From Chiloscyllium plagiosum (Eukaryota), in assembly GCF_004010195.1 (NCBI RefSeq), contig NC_057719.1, positions 22,521,062-22,583,242 on the forward strand: 62,181 nt of DNA, in the 5' to 3' direction. Both the position numbers and the translations under genes were made by a program. A model generated the notes under the pieces. That model did no database searches. It had not been told where the DNA came from and saw nothing but the letters and a program-made list of their open reading frames with translations. Positions 26,301 through 38,129 of this stretch are shown one piece after another (within the stretch, counting starts at the first letter, position 1; every line of letters begins with the position of its first letter).

Positions 26301-29300
26301 GAAGTGGCATAGGGGGCGGCAATCACTGTGGCTGAAATGGCGTGGTGACAGAGTTCATGGAGGCAGTGGTGGCAGAGGTTACAGTGACGAACAAGGAGAT
26401 GGTGGTTATGGCGGTGATCATGGTCGTGGTGGACCTGGCGGCGATCACAGACCTGGTGGTTCTGGCAGTGATTACGGAGATGGTTGTTCTGGCGGTGATC
26501 ATGGATGCAGTTGTTCTGGCGGCAATCACAGCGGCAGAGGTTATGAGGGTGTCCGCGGAGGCGGTGGTTATGACAGTGATCATGTAGATAGTGGTTACGG
26601 AAGTGAACGTGGAGGTCGCAGTGATTACAGCTGTGATCGCGGAGGCAGTGGTTACAGTGGTGACCGCAGAGGCAGTGATTACAGCAGTGATCGTGGAGGC
26701 AGTGATTACAGTGGTGACCGTGGAGGCAGTGATTACAGCGGTGATCGTGGAGGCAGTGATTACAGCTGTGATCGTGGAGGCAGTGATTACAGTGGTGATC
26801 GCGGAGGCAGTGGTTACAGTGGTGACCGTGGAGGCAGTGATTACAGTGGTGACCGCGGAGGCAGTGATTACAGCTGTGATCGTGGAGGCAGTGATTACAG
26901 CGGTGATCGCAGAGGCAGTGATTACAGTGGCGATCGCGGAGGCAGTGATTACAGCTGTGATCGTGGAGGCAGTGATTACAGCGGTGACTGTGGAGGCAGT
27001 GATTACAGCTGTGATTGTGGAGGCAGTGATTACAGTGGTGACCGCGGAGGCAGTGATTACAGCGGTGATCGAAGAGGCAGTGATTACAGCTGTGATCGCG
27101 GAGGCATTGATTACAGCTGTGATCGTGGAGGCAGTTATTACAGCTGTGATCGTGGTGGCAGTGATTACAGCTGTGATCGCGCAGGCAGTGATTACAGCTG
27201 TGATCGTGGAGGCAGTGATTACAGCTGTGATCGTGGTGGCAGTGATTACAGCGGTGATCGTGGAGGCAGTGATTACAGCTGTGATCGTCGAGGCAGTGAT
27301 TACAGCTGTGATCGCGGAGGCAGCGATGACAGTGGTGATCGTGGAGGCAGAGGTTACAGTGGTGATCGTGAAAGCAGTGGTTACAGTGGTGATCACGGAG
27401 GCAGTGATTACAGCTGTGATCGTGGAGATAGTGATTACAGCTGTGATCGTGGAGGCAGTGATGACAGTGGTGATCGTGGAGGCAGTGATTACAGCTGTGA
27501 TCGTGGAGGCAGTGATTACAGTGGTGATCGTGGAGGCAGTGATTACAGCGGTGATCGTGGAGGCAGTGATTACAGTGGTGATCGCGGAGGCAGTGATGAC
27601 AGTGGTGACCGTGGAGGCAGTGATTACAGCGGTGACTGCGGAGGCAGTGATTACAGTGGTGACCGCGGAGGCAGTGATTACAGTGGTGATCGTGGAGGCA
27701 GTGATTACAGTGGTGATCGTCGAGGCAGTGATGACAGTGGTGACCGTGGAGGCAGTGATTACAGTGGTGACCGTGGAGGCAGTGATTACAGTGTTGACCG
27801 TGGAGGCTGTGATTGCAGTGGTGATCGTGGAGGCAGTGATTACAGTGGTGATCGCGGAGGCAGTGATTACAGCGGTGACCGCGGAGGCTGTGATTACAGT
27901 GGTGACTGTGGAGGCAGTGATTACAGTGGTGATCGTGGAGGCAGTGATTACAGTGGTGACCGTGGAGGCAGTGATTACAGCTGTGATCATGGAGGCAGTG
28001 ATTACAGCTGTGATCGCAGAGGCAGTGATTACAGCTGTGATCGTGGAGGCAGTGATTACAGTGGTGATCGTGGAGGCAGAGATTACAGTGGTGACCGTGT
28101 GGGCAGTGATTACAGCTGTGATCGCAGAGGCAGTGTTTACAGTGGTGATCATGGAGGCAGTGATTACACTGATGACCGTGGAGGCAGTGATTACAGTGGT
28201 GATCGTGGAGGCAGTGATTACGGTGGTGATCGTGGAGGCAGAGATTACAGTGGTGATCGCGGAGGCAGTGATTACATTGGTGGCCGTGGAGGCAGTGATT
28301 ACAGCTGTGATCGCGGAGGTAGTGATAACAGTGGTGGCCGTGGAGGCAGTGATTACAGCTGTGATCGCGGAGGTAGTGATAACAGTGGTGATCGTGGAGG
28401 CAGTGATTACAGTGGTGTCCGTGGAGGCAGTGATTACAGCTGTGATCGCGGAGGCAGTGATTACAGCTGTGATCGCGGAGGCAGTGATGACAGTGGTGAT
28501 CGTGGAGGCAGTGATTACAGTGGTGATCGTGGAGGCAGTGATTAAAGTGGTGATCGTGGTGGCAGTGATTGCAGTGGTGATCGTGGAGGCAGTGATGACT
28601 GTGGTGATCGTGGAGGCAGTGATTACAGCGGTGATCGCGGACGCAGTGGTTACAGTGGTGATCGCGGAGGCAGTGATTACAGTGGTGATCGTGGAGGCAG
28701 TGATTACAGCTGTGATCGCGGAGGCAGTGATTACAGCTGTGATCGTGGAGGCAGTGATTACAGCAGTGACCGCGGAGGAAGTGATTACAGTGGTGACCGC
28801 GGAGGCAGTGATTACAGTGGTGATCATGGAGGCAGTGATTACAGTGGTGATAGCGGAGGCAGTGATTACAGCTGTGATCGTGGAGGCAGTGATTACAGTG
28901 GTGATGGCGGAGGCATTGATGACAGTGGTGACCGTGGAGGCAGTGATTACAGCAGTGACCGCGGAGGAAGTGATTACAGTGGTGACCGCGGAGGCAGTGG
29001 TTACAGTGGTGATCATGGAGGCAGTGATTACAGTGGTGATAGCGGAGTCAGTGATTACAGTGGTGACCGTGGAGGCAGTGATTACAGTGGTGATCGCAGA
29101 GGCAGCGATTACAGTGGTGACCGTGGAGGCAGTGATTACATTGGTGACTGTGGAGGCAGTGATTACAGTGGTGATCGCGGAGGCAGTGATGACAGTGGTG
29201 ACCGTGGAGGCAGTGATAACAGTGGTGACCGCGGAGGCAGTGATTAGAGAAGTGACCGCGGAGACAGTGATTACAGTGGTGATCATGGAGGCAGTGATTA

Positions 29301-30240
29301 CAGTGGTGATCATGGAGGCAGTGATTACAGCTGTGATCGCGGAGGCAGTGAATACAGTGCTGACCGTGGAGGCAGTGATTACAGCGGTGACCGTGGAGGC
29401 AGTGATTACAGTGGTGACCGTGGGGGCAGTGATTACAGTGGTGATCGTGGAGGCAGTGATTACAGCGGTGATCGCGGAGGCAGTGATTACAGTGGTGATT
29501 GTGGAGGCAGTGATTACAGCGGTGATCGTGGAGGCAGTGGTTTCAGCGGTGATCGTGGAGGCAGTGGTTACAGTGGTGATCGTGGAGGCAGTGATTACAG
29601 TGGTGATCGTGGAGGCAGTGATTACAGCAGTGATCGCGGAGGCAGTGATTACAGTGGTGATGGCGGAGGCAGTGATTACAGTGGTGATCGCGGAGGCAGT
29701 GATTACAGTGGTGACCGCGGAGGCAGTGATTACAGTGGTGATCATGGAGGCAGTGATTACAGTGGTGCTCATGGAGGCAGTGATTACAGTGGTGACCGTG
29801 GAGGCAGTGATTACAGCAGTGATCGTGGAGGTGGTGATCCTGGTGATGATCGCGGAGGTGGTGGTCCTGGCGGTGATCGCGGAGGTGGTGGTCCTGGCAG
29901 TGACTGTGGAGGTGGTGGTCCTGGCAGTGACCGTGGATGTGGTGGTCCTGGCGGTGATCGCGGAGGTGGTGGTCCTGGCAGTGACTGTGGAGGTGGTGTC
30001 CTGGCGGTGATCGCGGAGGTGGTGGTCCTGGCAGTGATCGCGGAGGTGGTGGTCCTGGCGATGATCGCGGAGGTGGTGGTCCTGGCAGTGACCGTGGAGG
30101 CGGTGGTCCTGGTGATGATCGCGGAGGTGGTGGTCCTGGCGATGATCGCGGAGGTGGTGGTCCTGGCAGTGACCGTGGAGGCGGTGGTCCTGGTGATGAT
30201 CGCGGAGGTGGTGGTCCTGGCAGTGACCATGGAGGTGATT
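23342..30240 (-). mobile_element. Penelope-like retroelement (RT + GIY-YIG), 5'-truncated, decayed, containing an expanded minisatellite
   Basis: Minus strand: DLPLTEDEGSVLNKGL..KLFFHYLCLRAYFF (~25700-25860); RT ELVLTLNNFSF..HFLQTKGVT.GPHM.PS (~24870-24970); GIY-YIG-like LIHCVHCSRFGLLYIEKT (~23965-24025); terminal repeat at 23342-23470. Confidence 0.88.
26390..30237. repeat. 27-bp minisatellite (~140 units, two unit types)
   Basis: Core 26610-29820: (gaggcagtgattacagtggtgatcgtg)n, ~119 units; 29820-30237 and degenerate 26390-26530: (gcggaggtggtggtcctggcggtgatc)n. Confidence 0.97.
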
Positions 30241-30619
30241 GTTGCCGTCTGGCTGTTCAGAGCTACTGGTCAGTGGTTATCTGGGATCTGAAAGAAACAG
30301 CTCCATGGAAGAAGGTGTTTCTTACTGAATGTATCTGTCATTTCTCCCTCTCTTCTGTAAGACCTTGTATTTGATTTCACCTTTTTTGCCAAGGTATGTT
30401 TATGGGGATTGTGCAGGAATTTGGAACAGCATCATTTAGTTAGGATAGTCTGCTGGTACTCTGTAAACAAATTCTGTTTTATTTCAAACTGAAGAGTTTT
30501 GACCAGCTCCATCAAACCTGGGATGTCCATTCAACATCTGCTCAACACAACCAGAAAGGTTAGGGTCTGGGCTACCTTCCTGAAATGTTTCGAGGGGATG
30601 TCTGGTCTGGTCCATAATA
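30241..30619 (+). mobile_element. Probable solo LTR, 3' part
   Basis: Non-PLE sequence resumes right after the array; ends tctggtctggtccataata (degenerate ...taaca LTR end). Confidence 0.5.
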
Positions 30620-31355
30620 ATACAAATTAAGATACATGAGAGTATCAGCTCCATGTGAATATTTTTGGGTTCTCACTTGTCCCATCCATCTGCCTGGGTG
30701 GTGCTTTAGTCCCTGCTTCCTGCTCACTTGACACTCAGGGCCTGCTCACCATCCAACCGACACCTGGGGCTCCACCCCAGCGGGTGCTCAAACACTCTCT
30801 CTCTGAATAGCCACTACAGGTTGGGTGTGGGGCCATTCAGGATAACACTTCAACTCACCAATGACAGTTTGCTTCTTTCCACCATGACTCCATCTTGAAA
30901 GGAGCAGCAAGATCGGAGATGGAGCCTGTGATTGAACGAGTTGGAGCCGCCTGCATGGGAAAGACGGAAGCCCTCCTTGGAGGAACAGTTCCTCAGGGAT
31001 TCTGCTTCTCTCATGAATAGGGGTGACTATTCTCTCATTTATTATGTGAGTGAATTTTCAGGGATGATTTGGGAATTTTGGGGTTGAATTTGCACATCAC
31101 CTCCGTACATTTTAAACACTGATGTTCTCATGACCTCTCATCTTCACTCACAGACCGATGGAGAAGTGAAAACCATGAAGATATTAATAATTAATATATA
31201 TGATTTGGATTAAAAAATCCAAAAGTGCTGTGGACAAGTTTCCATATGACACAAAAATAGGTGGGAAGGCAACTGGTGAACATGACACAAAGAGTCTGAA
31301 GAGGAATATAGCCAGGTTAAGTGAGTGAGCACACGCTTGACTGATGTAACATAAT

Positions 31356-31517
31356 TGAGAGTGTGGTGCTGGAAAAGCACAACATAGTTTCCTGATGAGG
31401 GGCTTACGCCCGAAACGTCGATTCTCCTGCTCCTCGGATGTTGCCTCACCTGCTGCGCTTTTCTAGCGCCACACTGTTCGACTCTGATCTCCAGCATCTG
31501 CAGTCTTCACTTTATCC
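31356..31517 (+). mobile_element. Short fold-back PLE-derived element with TSD, inserted in CR1
   Basis: gagagtgtggtgctggaaaagc inverted relative to gctttttctagcgccacactg; flanks tgatgtaacataat / tgaaggaacataat. Confidence 0.8.
31392..31419 (+). ncRNA. Minimal hammerhead ribozyme motif (intact core)
   Basis: CTGATGA-G-GGGC-TTAC-GCCC-GAAA-CG-TC. Confidence 0.72.
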
Positions 31518-32301
31518 TGAAGGAACATAATGTGGAGACGTGAGATTATGTGTATTGGTGGGAAGACGAGAGGCAATGAATACTATTTAAATGGAAAAAA
31601 GAATGCGGAAAACTACAGAGCAGACGGATTTGGGAGTCACTGTCCATGAATAACAAAAAGCTACATTCCCAGTAAAGTGGGTAACAGGGAAGGCAAATGG
31701 AATGTTGGCCTTTATTTCAAAAGGAATTGGAGTATAAACATTGGGAGGTTTTGCTAGAACTGCACAAGGCACTAGTCAGAATGCAGCAGGAATACTGCGA
31801 TCAATTTGGGTCCCTTATTGAAGGAAATATACACTGGCATTGGAGCTGGTCAAAGAAGGTACACTCACTGATACTAGTTATGGATGGACTGTCTTGTGAG
31901 GAGATGGCCTGTAGAGGATAGGGCCTGTAAATGTTGGAATATAGAGGAATGAGAGGCAAGCGTGTTGAATCATTCTTGATAGGATAGATGCAGAAACATT
32001 GTTTCACCTCCTGGAAGAGTCTAGGACTACAGTGCACAATATCAGAATAAGTGGATGGATATTCCAGAGAGAGATTAGGAGGAATTCCTTCTCTCAGAAG
32101 ATTGTGAATCTGTGGAACGTTTTGCTACGGGGGCTGTGAAGGCTGCGTCATTAAGTGCATTGGAGGCTGAGATAGACAGGTTTCTAATCAGTAAGGAAAT
32201 CAAAGGATATGGGAAAAGGGCAGAAAAGTGGAGTTGAGGATTATCAGAACATCAAGATCTCATTGAATTGAGGAGCAGAAGATAAAATGAATGGCCTAAG
32301 A

Positions 32302-32605
32302 GACGGCAAGGCGGCTCAGTAGTTAGCACTACTGCCTCACAACACCAGGGATCTGGGTTTGATTCCAGCCTTGGGTGACAGTGTGGGGTTTGCATGCTCT
32401 CCCCGTGTCTGTGTGGGTTTCTGTCAGCTGCTCCCACAGTCCAAAGATGAACAGGTTAGGTGAATTGGCCATGCTAAATTGCCCATAGTGTTCAGGGATG
32501 TGCAGGCCACATGGATTACCCATGGGAAATGCAGGGTTTCAGGGATAGGGCAGGGAGGTGGGATCCTCTTTGGAAGGTTAGTGTGGACTTGATGGATTGA
32601 ATGAC
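32302..32605 (+). mobile_element. HE1-type SINE
   Basis: ggcggctcagtagttagcact head and core. Confidence 0.85.
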
Positions 32606-33629
32606 TGGAGGGTGGAGGAATTCTGTGGTGAGAAATCAGGAAGCACAGTCCTCAAACAGGCAGAACAACATCATTCAAACTCCAGTGGGAACACATAGAA
32701 CAAACAGAAAACTGGTTGTATTACTTTGACATTGAGAATGTAAAAGTATGACTGCCACAAACTCACAGCTCATGTGAAAAGAACTACAATTGCCTGCCAG
32801 AAAGGTAATTGTGTCACAGAACAAATTAAAGCCCATTACTCTCAATCAATGATAACAAGACAAATGTTAGGGAGAGCTGGAAAAGTAACAGAGACTTGAT
32901 CTATAATGTTCAGACTTGGCTGATGGGGCTGTGGGAATTAAATTAGGATGTAAATAGTTAAATGAAGTTGATGCATAAATTGAGGGTAAGTTGGGGGAAA
33001 TATAGTACAATGAGAATGGATCCAATGTGTAGGCAAGCTGGATTATCTTTGGTAAATGCAGGGTTATGGAGATAGGGTAGGGGGCTGGGGCTGGTTGCAA
33101 TTCTCTTCTGACTGTCAGTGCAGTCTTGATGGATCAAGTTGCCTCTTACCCCACTGTAGGGATTCTATAATCCTGAGATGGTGACGTTTATCATGATGAA
33201 ACAGAGATATCAACAGTCTGTAAGAGTCTCTGAAGAAAGGATGAAATAGTCTACACCAGTGAGAGATGTATTTACCAGAGAACAGTCTTATCTATGATAG
33301 TGTAACTAAAAGAGTTTGTAAAACCTATTAGGGTTAGAGAGCAGTCGCCTATAGATAATGGGAACCTATTACAGGTCACAAACTACCAGCTGATTAGCTA
33401 TCTCTCTCATGTACAGAAGAGAACTCTGAGCTTCATGTCATCACAATCAGTCATAGATCCAATAGATGGGTAGAAAGACAGCGGGATAATAGGATAATGA
33501 CCACAGCACTGTTCATTGTTCATGCACTGAATTATGAAGTAGCAAACAATATCACTGAATATTACCTGTACTAGGAAGAGGTGGCAAGGCAATGACATTT
33601 GCATGGCTGAAGTGAAATATGGAGGGGGC

Positions 33630-34290
33630 AGCATTTACACTATAGTGGGAGGGGGATGGTTGGAGTGCTGGAGGCGAAAGGATGTTGATAGTTCAGATTA
33701 AGTAATCAGAATGTGGGAATAGCAGAACAGTGGCATGTCTAACTGCCAGACTTTAGCTGGTCATTATACTACAGCATCCTGTTCGCATGCCCACTTGTCT
33801 GTCCTTGGCATGCTGCAGCACTCCAGTGAATCACAGCGTAAACTGGAGGAACAACATCTCATCTTCAAACTAGGTAGTTTACAACCTTTTGGGCTAAATA
33901 TTGAGTTCAACATCTTGAGGTTGTGAGCCAATTCCTTCCCTTCCTTTTAGTTTTGTTTGTTACATTCTCTGTCACCACCCTCTTCCCCCAGCACCACACC
34001 CCAGTGGGACTGTCTGCTCTTCCCAGTCTGGCAGTTAGACACACCATTGTTCTGCCATTCTCACATACCAGTCACTTAATCTGAATTTACCAACATCCTT
34101 TCTACCCCAGCGCTCCAACCACCCCCTCCCACTATAGTGTAAATGCTACACCCCTCCACATTTCACCTCAGCTCTGATGAAGAGTCACCTAAACTCGAAA
34201 CGGTAGCTTGCTCTCTCTCCATGAATGCTGTCTGACCTGCTGTGATCTCCAGCAATGGTTGTTTCCAGTTCAGATTCCCACATCTGACAT
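33630..34290 (+). mobile_element. PLE 3' remnant with inverted partial terminal repeat
   Basis: QRKLEEQHLIFKLGSLQPFGLNIEF (endonuclease C-terminus); ~33630-33752 is an inverted copy of ~34025-34147; hammerhead CTGATGAAGAGTCACCTAAACTCGAAAC at 34174. Confidence 0.85.
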
Positions 34291-36370
34291 CTCATGGCTG
34301 CTTCTTGAGAATCCACTCAGTGGTTCAGTACAGTACAATTAATTAGATAGCAGCAAATACGTTTTCCCAATTGCCATAATGAGTGATCTGTTCAAGAGAC
34401 AGTTGACAGTGGGGCAGGATTTATAGCTTTGACATTCACCTATTATCTCAATGATATCTCCTCCAACACAAGGTAAGTTTACAATTGAAGGACTACATCT
34501 GACTGGATCTTTCAGAAGAGACTTCTTATGCAGCTGACTTGCCTAAACCACAGCAGGTCTCTGATCTCTCATTAATTCCAGGGTGTCTTGCTCCAACCTT
34601 CAATGTTATCCCACCCCATTGAGCCCTTATCCCCAAATGGTCCCAAAACCAAATTCATTTTTAATGCTGAGTTCATAAAAATCAGAAATGTCCTGAATCG
34701 CATGCAAAATTGAGCGCTCTTCTATCGATAAAGGCCTATTTAATAAATTAAAACCCCTGCAAGTTCTGAATCCCATATATGACAAAAAAAAACATTTCTT
34801 TTCATGGCCCCACAGTAAAGACAGCAAATCTTTAGAAACAAGTAGAGCTGTAAATCAATTTATGGACATGCATACCCCACATAGTGATAATTTTAGTTTA
34901 TGGAAGCCATCAAACAAGCCTAATCCCAAAGTGATTATCCTCAGTTCTGCCTAGAAATTTATGGTGAAATTGCAATTATTTTGCACTGAGCATCACAGCA
35001 TGCTGTCTTTTATTTCAAACTTTAAAGGGCAGGGGATTAAATGACATTATAACTTGAGACATCCAAAGGCATTATATGTATTTTTCATTTGCACGTACCT
35101 ACTCTTAAGAATACCAAAAGGAGACCAGACCTCTCCAAAAAATTCACATTAGTTTTGAACTTTTCCCCAAATTAATAAAGCCCAAACAAATCACTTTCAG
35201 AAATCTCAATGCTGAAAATTGGTTGACTTTTAAATGTGCTGCTGCTTCTGTAAGGCCTGGATAGATAAACTATAGCATGCCTCCAATCATCCCCTCCCCC
35301 AGAGAAAATGATGGCTGTGCATCCAGAGGCGGGAGTAATGGACTTATGGCTTTAGCTAGAATTTGACTGAGATGTGAAAACTCTCCTTCTCCATGCAAGT
35401 TTAGACCTGAGCAGAAGTGCTTCTGTTAACTATGCATCAATGTTTTGTTATTTTATGAATTAGCATTAAAGCAGCAGTTTCTGACTTATGCTCATGGTCC
35501 TAACATCTTAAAATATCTGGGGGTTGTAGATGAGGTGAAGAAGAAGGGTGTTGAGATAAGTTAAATGAATTGATGCAATTAACTAACTCCGAAATTGCAT
35601 GTACGTCCAGGGGGCAAGATATGCAGTGATTTCAAAGCAGCCTTTCGTGAGATTAATTGAATAGGTTTCAGATGCATCTGAAAACCTGTATCTCTTTGCT
35701 AAATTGAAGATGACATTAACTTGTTCAAATTTAATTAATCACAATCTGTAGGTTCCATAAAATAATTGAATACAAAATGATAAAGCCACGTATGTAGCAA
35801 TTTATACATTGTGACTCTTAGAAAGTGGGCCTCACTGGCAAAACATACATTTATTGCTTGCTTCTCGTTGCCCTGTCTGAGTGACCAGCTGGGATTGATT
35901 ACATTTTATTGTCAAGTCTGTTCAAGTAGAGGAATACATCAGTACAGTGAAAAGTGTACAAAGTCACCAGCCTCCGACGCCATCTGGGTTACAAAACCAG
36001 AATCTCGAAAAAAAAAGCAGAAATAAAAGAAAACCAATAAGTAAGATAAACATTCAAAACTCAAAGACTAAGTCTTATCTCCATAAAGAGTTTTGGAATC
36101 ACTGATGCAGGCACCTGGGCCTAACCATAGTCTGTTGACTCAGTTAACCTGCAGGTCTTACATCAATGGCTGGGAGGAGTTGTATTCTTCCTGACGTTGA
36201 TGCTGATGCTGCCACCACTACATCTGATCGCTTGAGGAACATTGCCACCGCTGTTGGCCCCAGATGCCAGGAGACCATCCTTGCTGCTGCCTCCAAACGC
36301 TAGGAGGATACGTGGGGTCAGCATCCCCCCGCCCCAGACCGCTGGGAGGCTACCGCCATTCTGCTCACGA

Positions 36371-36502
36371 CATTCCTGATGAAGGGCTTATGCCCAAAAC
36401 ATCGATTCTTCTGCTTCTAGATGCTGCCTGACCTGCTGTGCTTTTTCAGTGCCACGCTTTTCGACTCTGATTTCCAGCATCTGCAGTCCCCACTTCCTCC
36501 TT
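36371..36502 (+). mobile_element. PLE terminal-repeat fragment
   Basis: cattcctgatgaagggcttatgccc...ctgatttccagcatctgcagtcc. Confidence 0.85.
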
Positions 36503-36930
36503 GTCACTGATGTGATCCCAGTCATTGGTAATACTTGTCAGATTCCAGCATGAACTCTGGTTTGATGTACCATGCATTTTATTTTATCATTTCTTTTTCT
36601 ATCAAGGAGATCAGCCACTGAACATATTCACAAGAATCTGCAAAAATACTTTTATCAAATCAAATCAGGAATTATGCAAGAACTACTGAAACTGTCTCAT
36701 ATTAAATATCTGAAAGTAAATAGATTCTGTTTATCCCAACTATAATGTTGCAGACACTTAAACCCCAGTGGAAAATATCCTTATTTCAACACTGTGGCTT
36801 TTTGTTTGGCTGATATAGCTGCAGTTAGTTTATTTCTGACAAATTTCTGTTGTGCATTTACTCAATGTATTTTCTTAGTTAATATTTCAGCACGGGGCCC
36901 TTAAAATAAACTGCTAACTCAGGTAATAGC

Positions 36931-37137
36931 TGAAAATGTGTTGCTGGAAAAGCGCAGCAGGTCAGGCAGCATCCAAGGAACAGGAGAATCGACGTTTCGG
37001 GCATAAGCCCTTCCTGAAGAAGGGCTTATGCCCAAAAGTCGATTCTGCTGTTCCTTGGGTGCTGCCTGACCTGCTGTGCTTTTCCAGCAACACATTTTCA
37101 GCTCTGATCTCCAGCATCTCCAGCCCTCACTTTCTCC
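36931..37137. mobile_element. Short fold-back PLE-derived element with TSD
   Basis: ~85-bp near-perfect inverted arms; flanks taactcaggtaatagc (36915-36930) / taactcaggcaatagc (37138-37153). Confidence 0.9.
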
Positions 37138-37454
37138 TAACTCAGGCAATAGCCTTGCAAAATGTCATCTTCCCTGACATGCCTACAGCATTTGATTTCT
37201 GGAATTGTCTTCCTTGCAGCGATTGATGTAAGACCCACAGACTGTCAGAGACTTCAGACTGTGGCTAGGTCCAGAGGCAAGTAACTCAGGACTTGCCTCC
37301 TGCCCTGACTCTTGCTTGAAGACAGCTTCCAGCAATGCCTCTGTTATTGTGGACCAACTCACTCTGAATGAACCTGTTTTTGCACTCCCTCTCTCTCTCT
37401 CTGTCTCTCCATCGGTTAAATTGGTCAAGTCAACAATCACTTTAATAATAAACG

Positions 37455-37672
37455 AAAAGAAAAGAACTGCAGGAGCTGGAAATCTGAAACAAGGAAAACA
37501 GAAATTGCTGGAGAAGTGCAGCAGGTCTGGTAGCAACTGTGGAGAGAAAGCAGAGCCAACAATTCTGGTCCAGTGACCTTTCTCCAGTTCGAAAGAAGTT
37601 CGAAAACTCTGTTTTCCTTCCACAGATGCTGTCAGACCTGTTGAATTTTTTCCAGCAATTCCTGTTTTGTTT
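37455..37672. mobile_element. Older fold-back PLE terminal fragment
   Basis: aaacagaaattgctggagaagtgcagcaggtctgg vs cagacctgttgaattttttccagcaattcctgtttt. Confidence 0.7.
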
Positions 37673-38129
37673 TAACATCTAAATAATTACCTTGCTTGGC
37701 ACATCAGTCATTTAGCTAAGTTCACAATGCTCTTAGAAATACTGTTTTAAATTGTTGAGTTTAGAAGAATGAGGAGAGTATCTCACAGGAAAGTATAAAA
37801 CTCTGACAGTACTGGACAGGGTAAACACAGGAAGATGTACCCAATGATCAGGAAGTTCAGAACCAGGGCTCACAATCTATGGATATGGAGTACGCCATTT
37901 TCTGTGTTCAAGTGTCATTATTTTAAAGCTTAGCTTATAATGGAAGAAAAATGGACTTAGCTCAAAGTTCTATGAAAGTCAGACTTGTTTTTTTAAAGGT
38001 CAGAAAGTCACTTTGAACGGTGAGTTAATAGAAACATAGAAAACTGGAATAAGAGGAAGGTATTTGGCCCTTCAATATGATGATGGCTGATCATCCAACT
38101 CATTTGAGAAGATAAACCATTTCTTTATC

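Larger units (their letters stand above)
31225..32300 (+). mobile_element. Old CR1 LINE 3' fragment
   Basis: DLGVTVHE, GKANGMLAFISKGIGV; 3'UTR gggatatggg...tggagttgagg. Confidence 0.8.

Noticed and set aside
26323..29772. 1149-aa Thr-rich ORF as a genuine mucin gene
   Set aside because: No signal peptide, Cys domains or Pro, and no evident splice sites; it sits inside a PLE, and the unit is intrinsically stop-free
26591..30010. 1139-aa hydrophobic plus-strand ORF
   Set aside because: Antisense shadow of the same minisatellite
26390..30237. CRISPR array
   Set aside because: Head-to-tail repeats without unique spacers, no cas genes, vertebrate context
34395..34472. Exon ending at strong donor CAAG|gtaagt (TVDSGAGFIALTFTYYLNDISSNT)
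   Set aside because: No polypyrimidine acceptor between the upstream in-frame stop and the peptide
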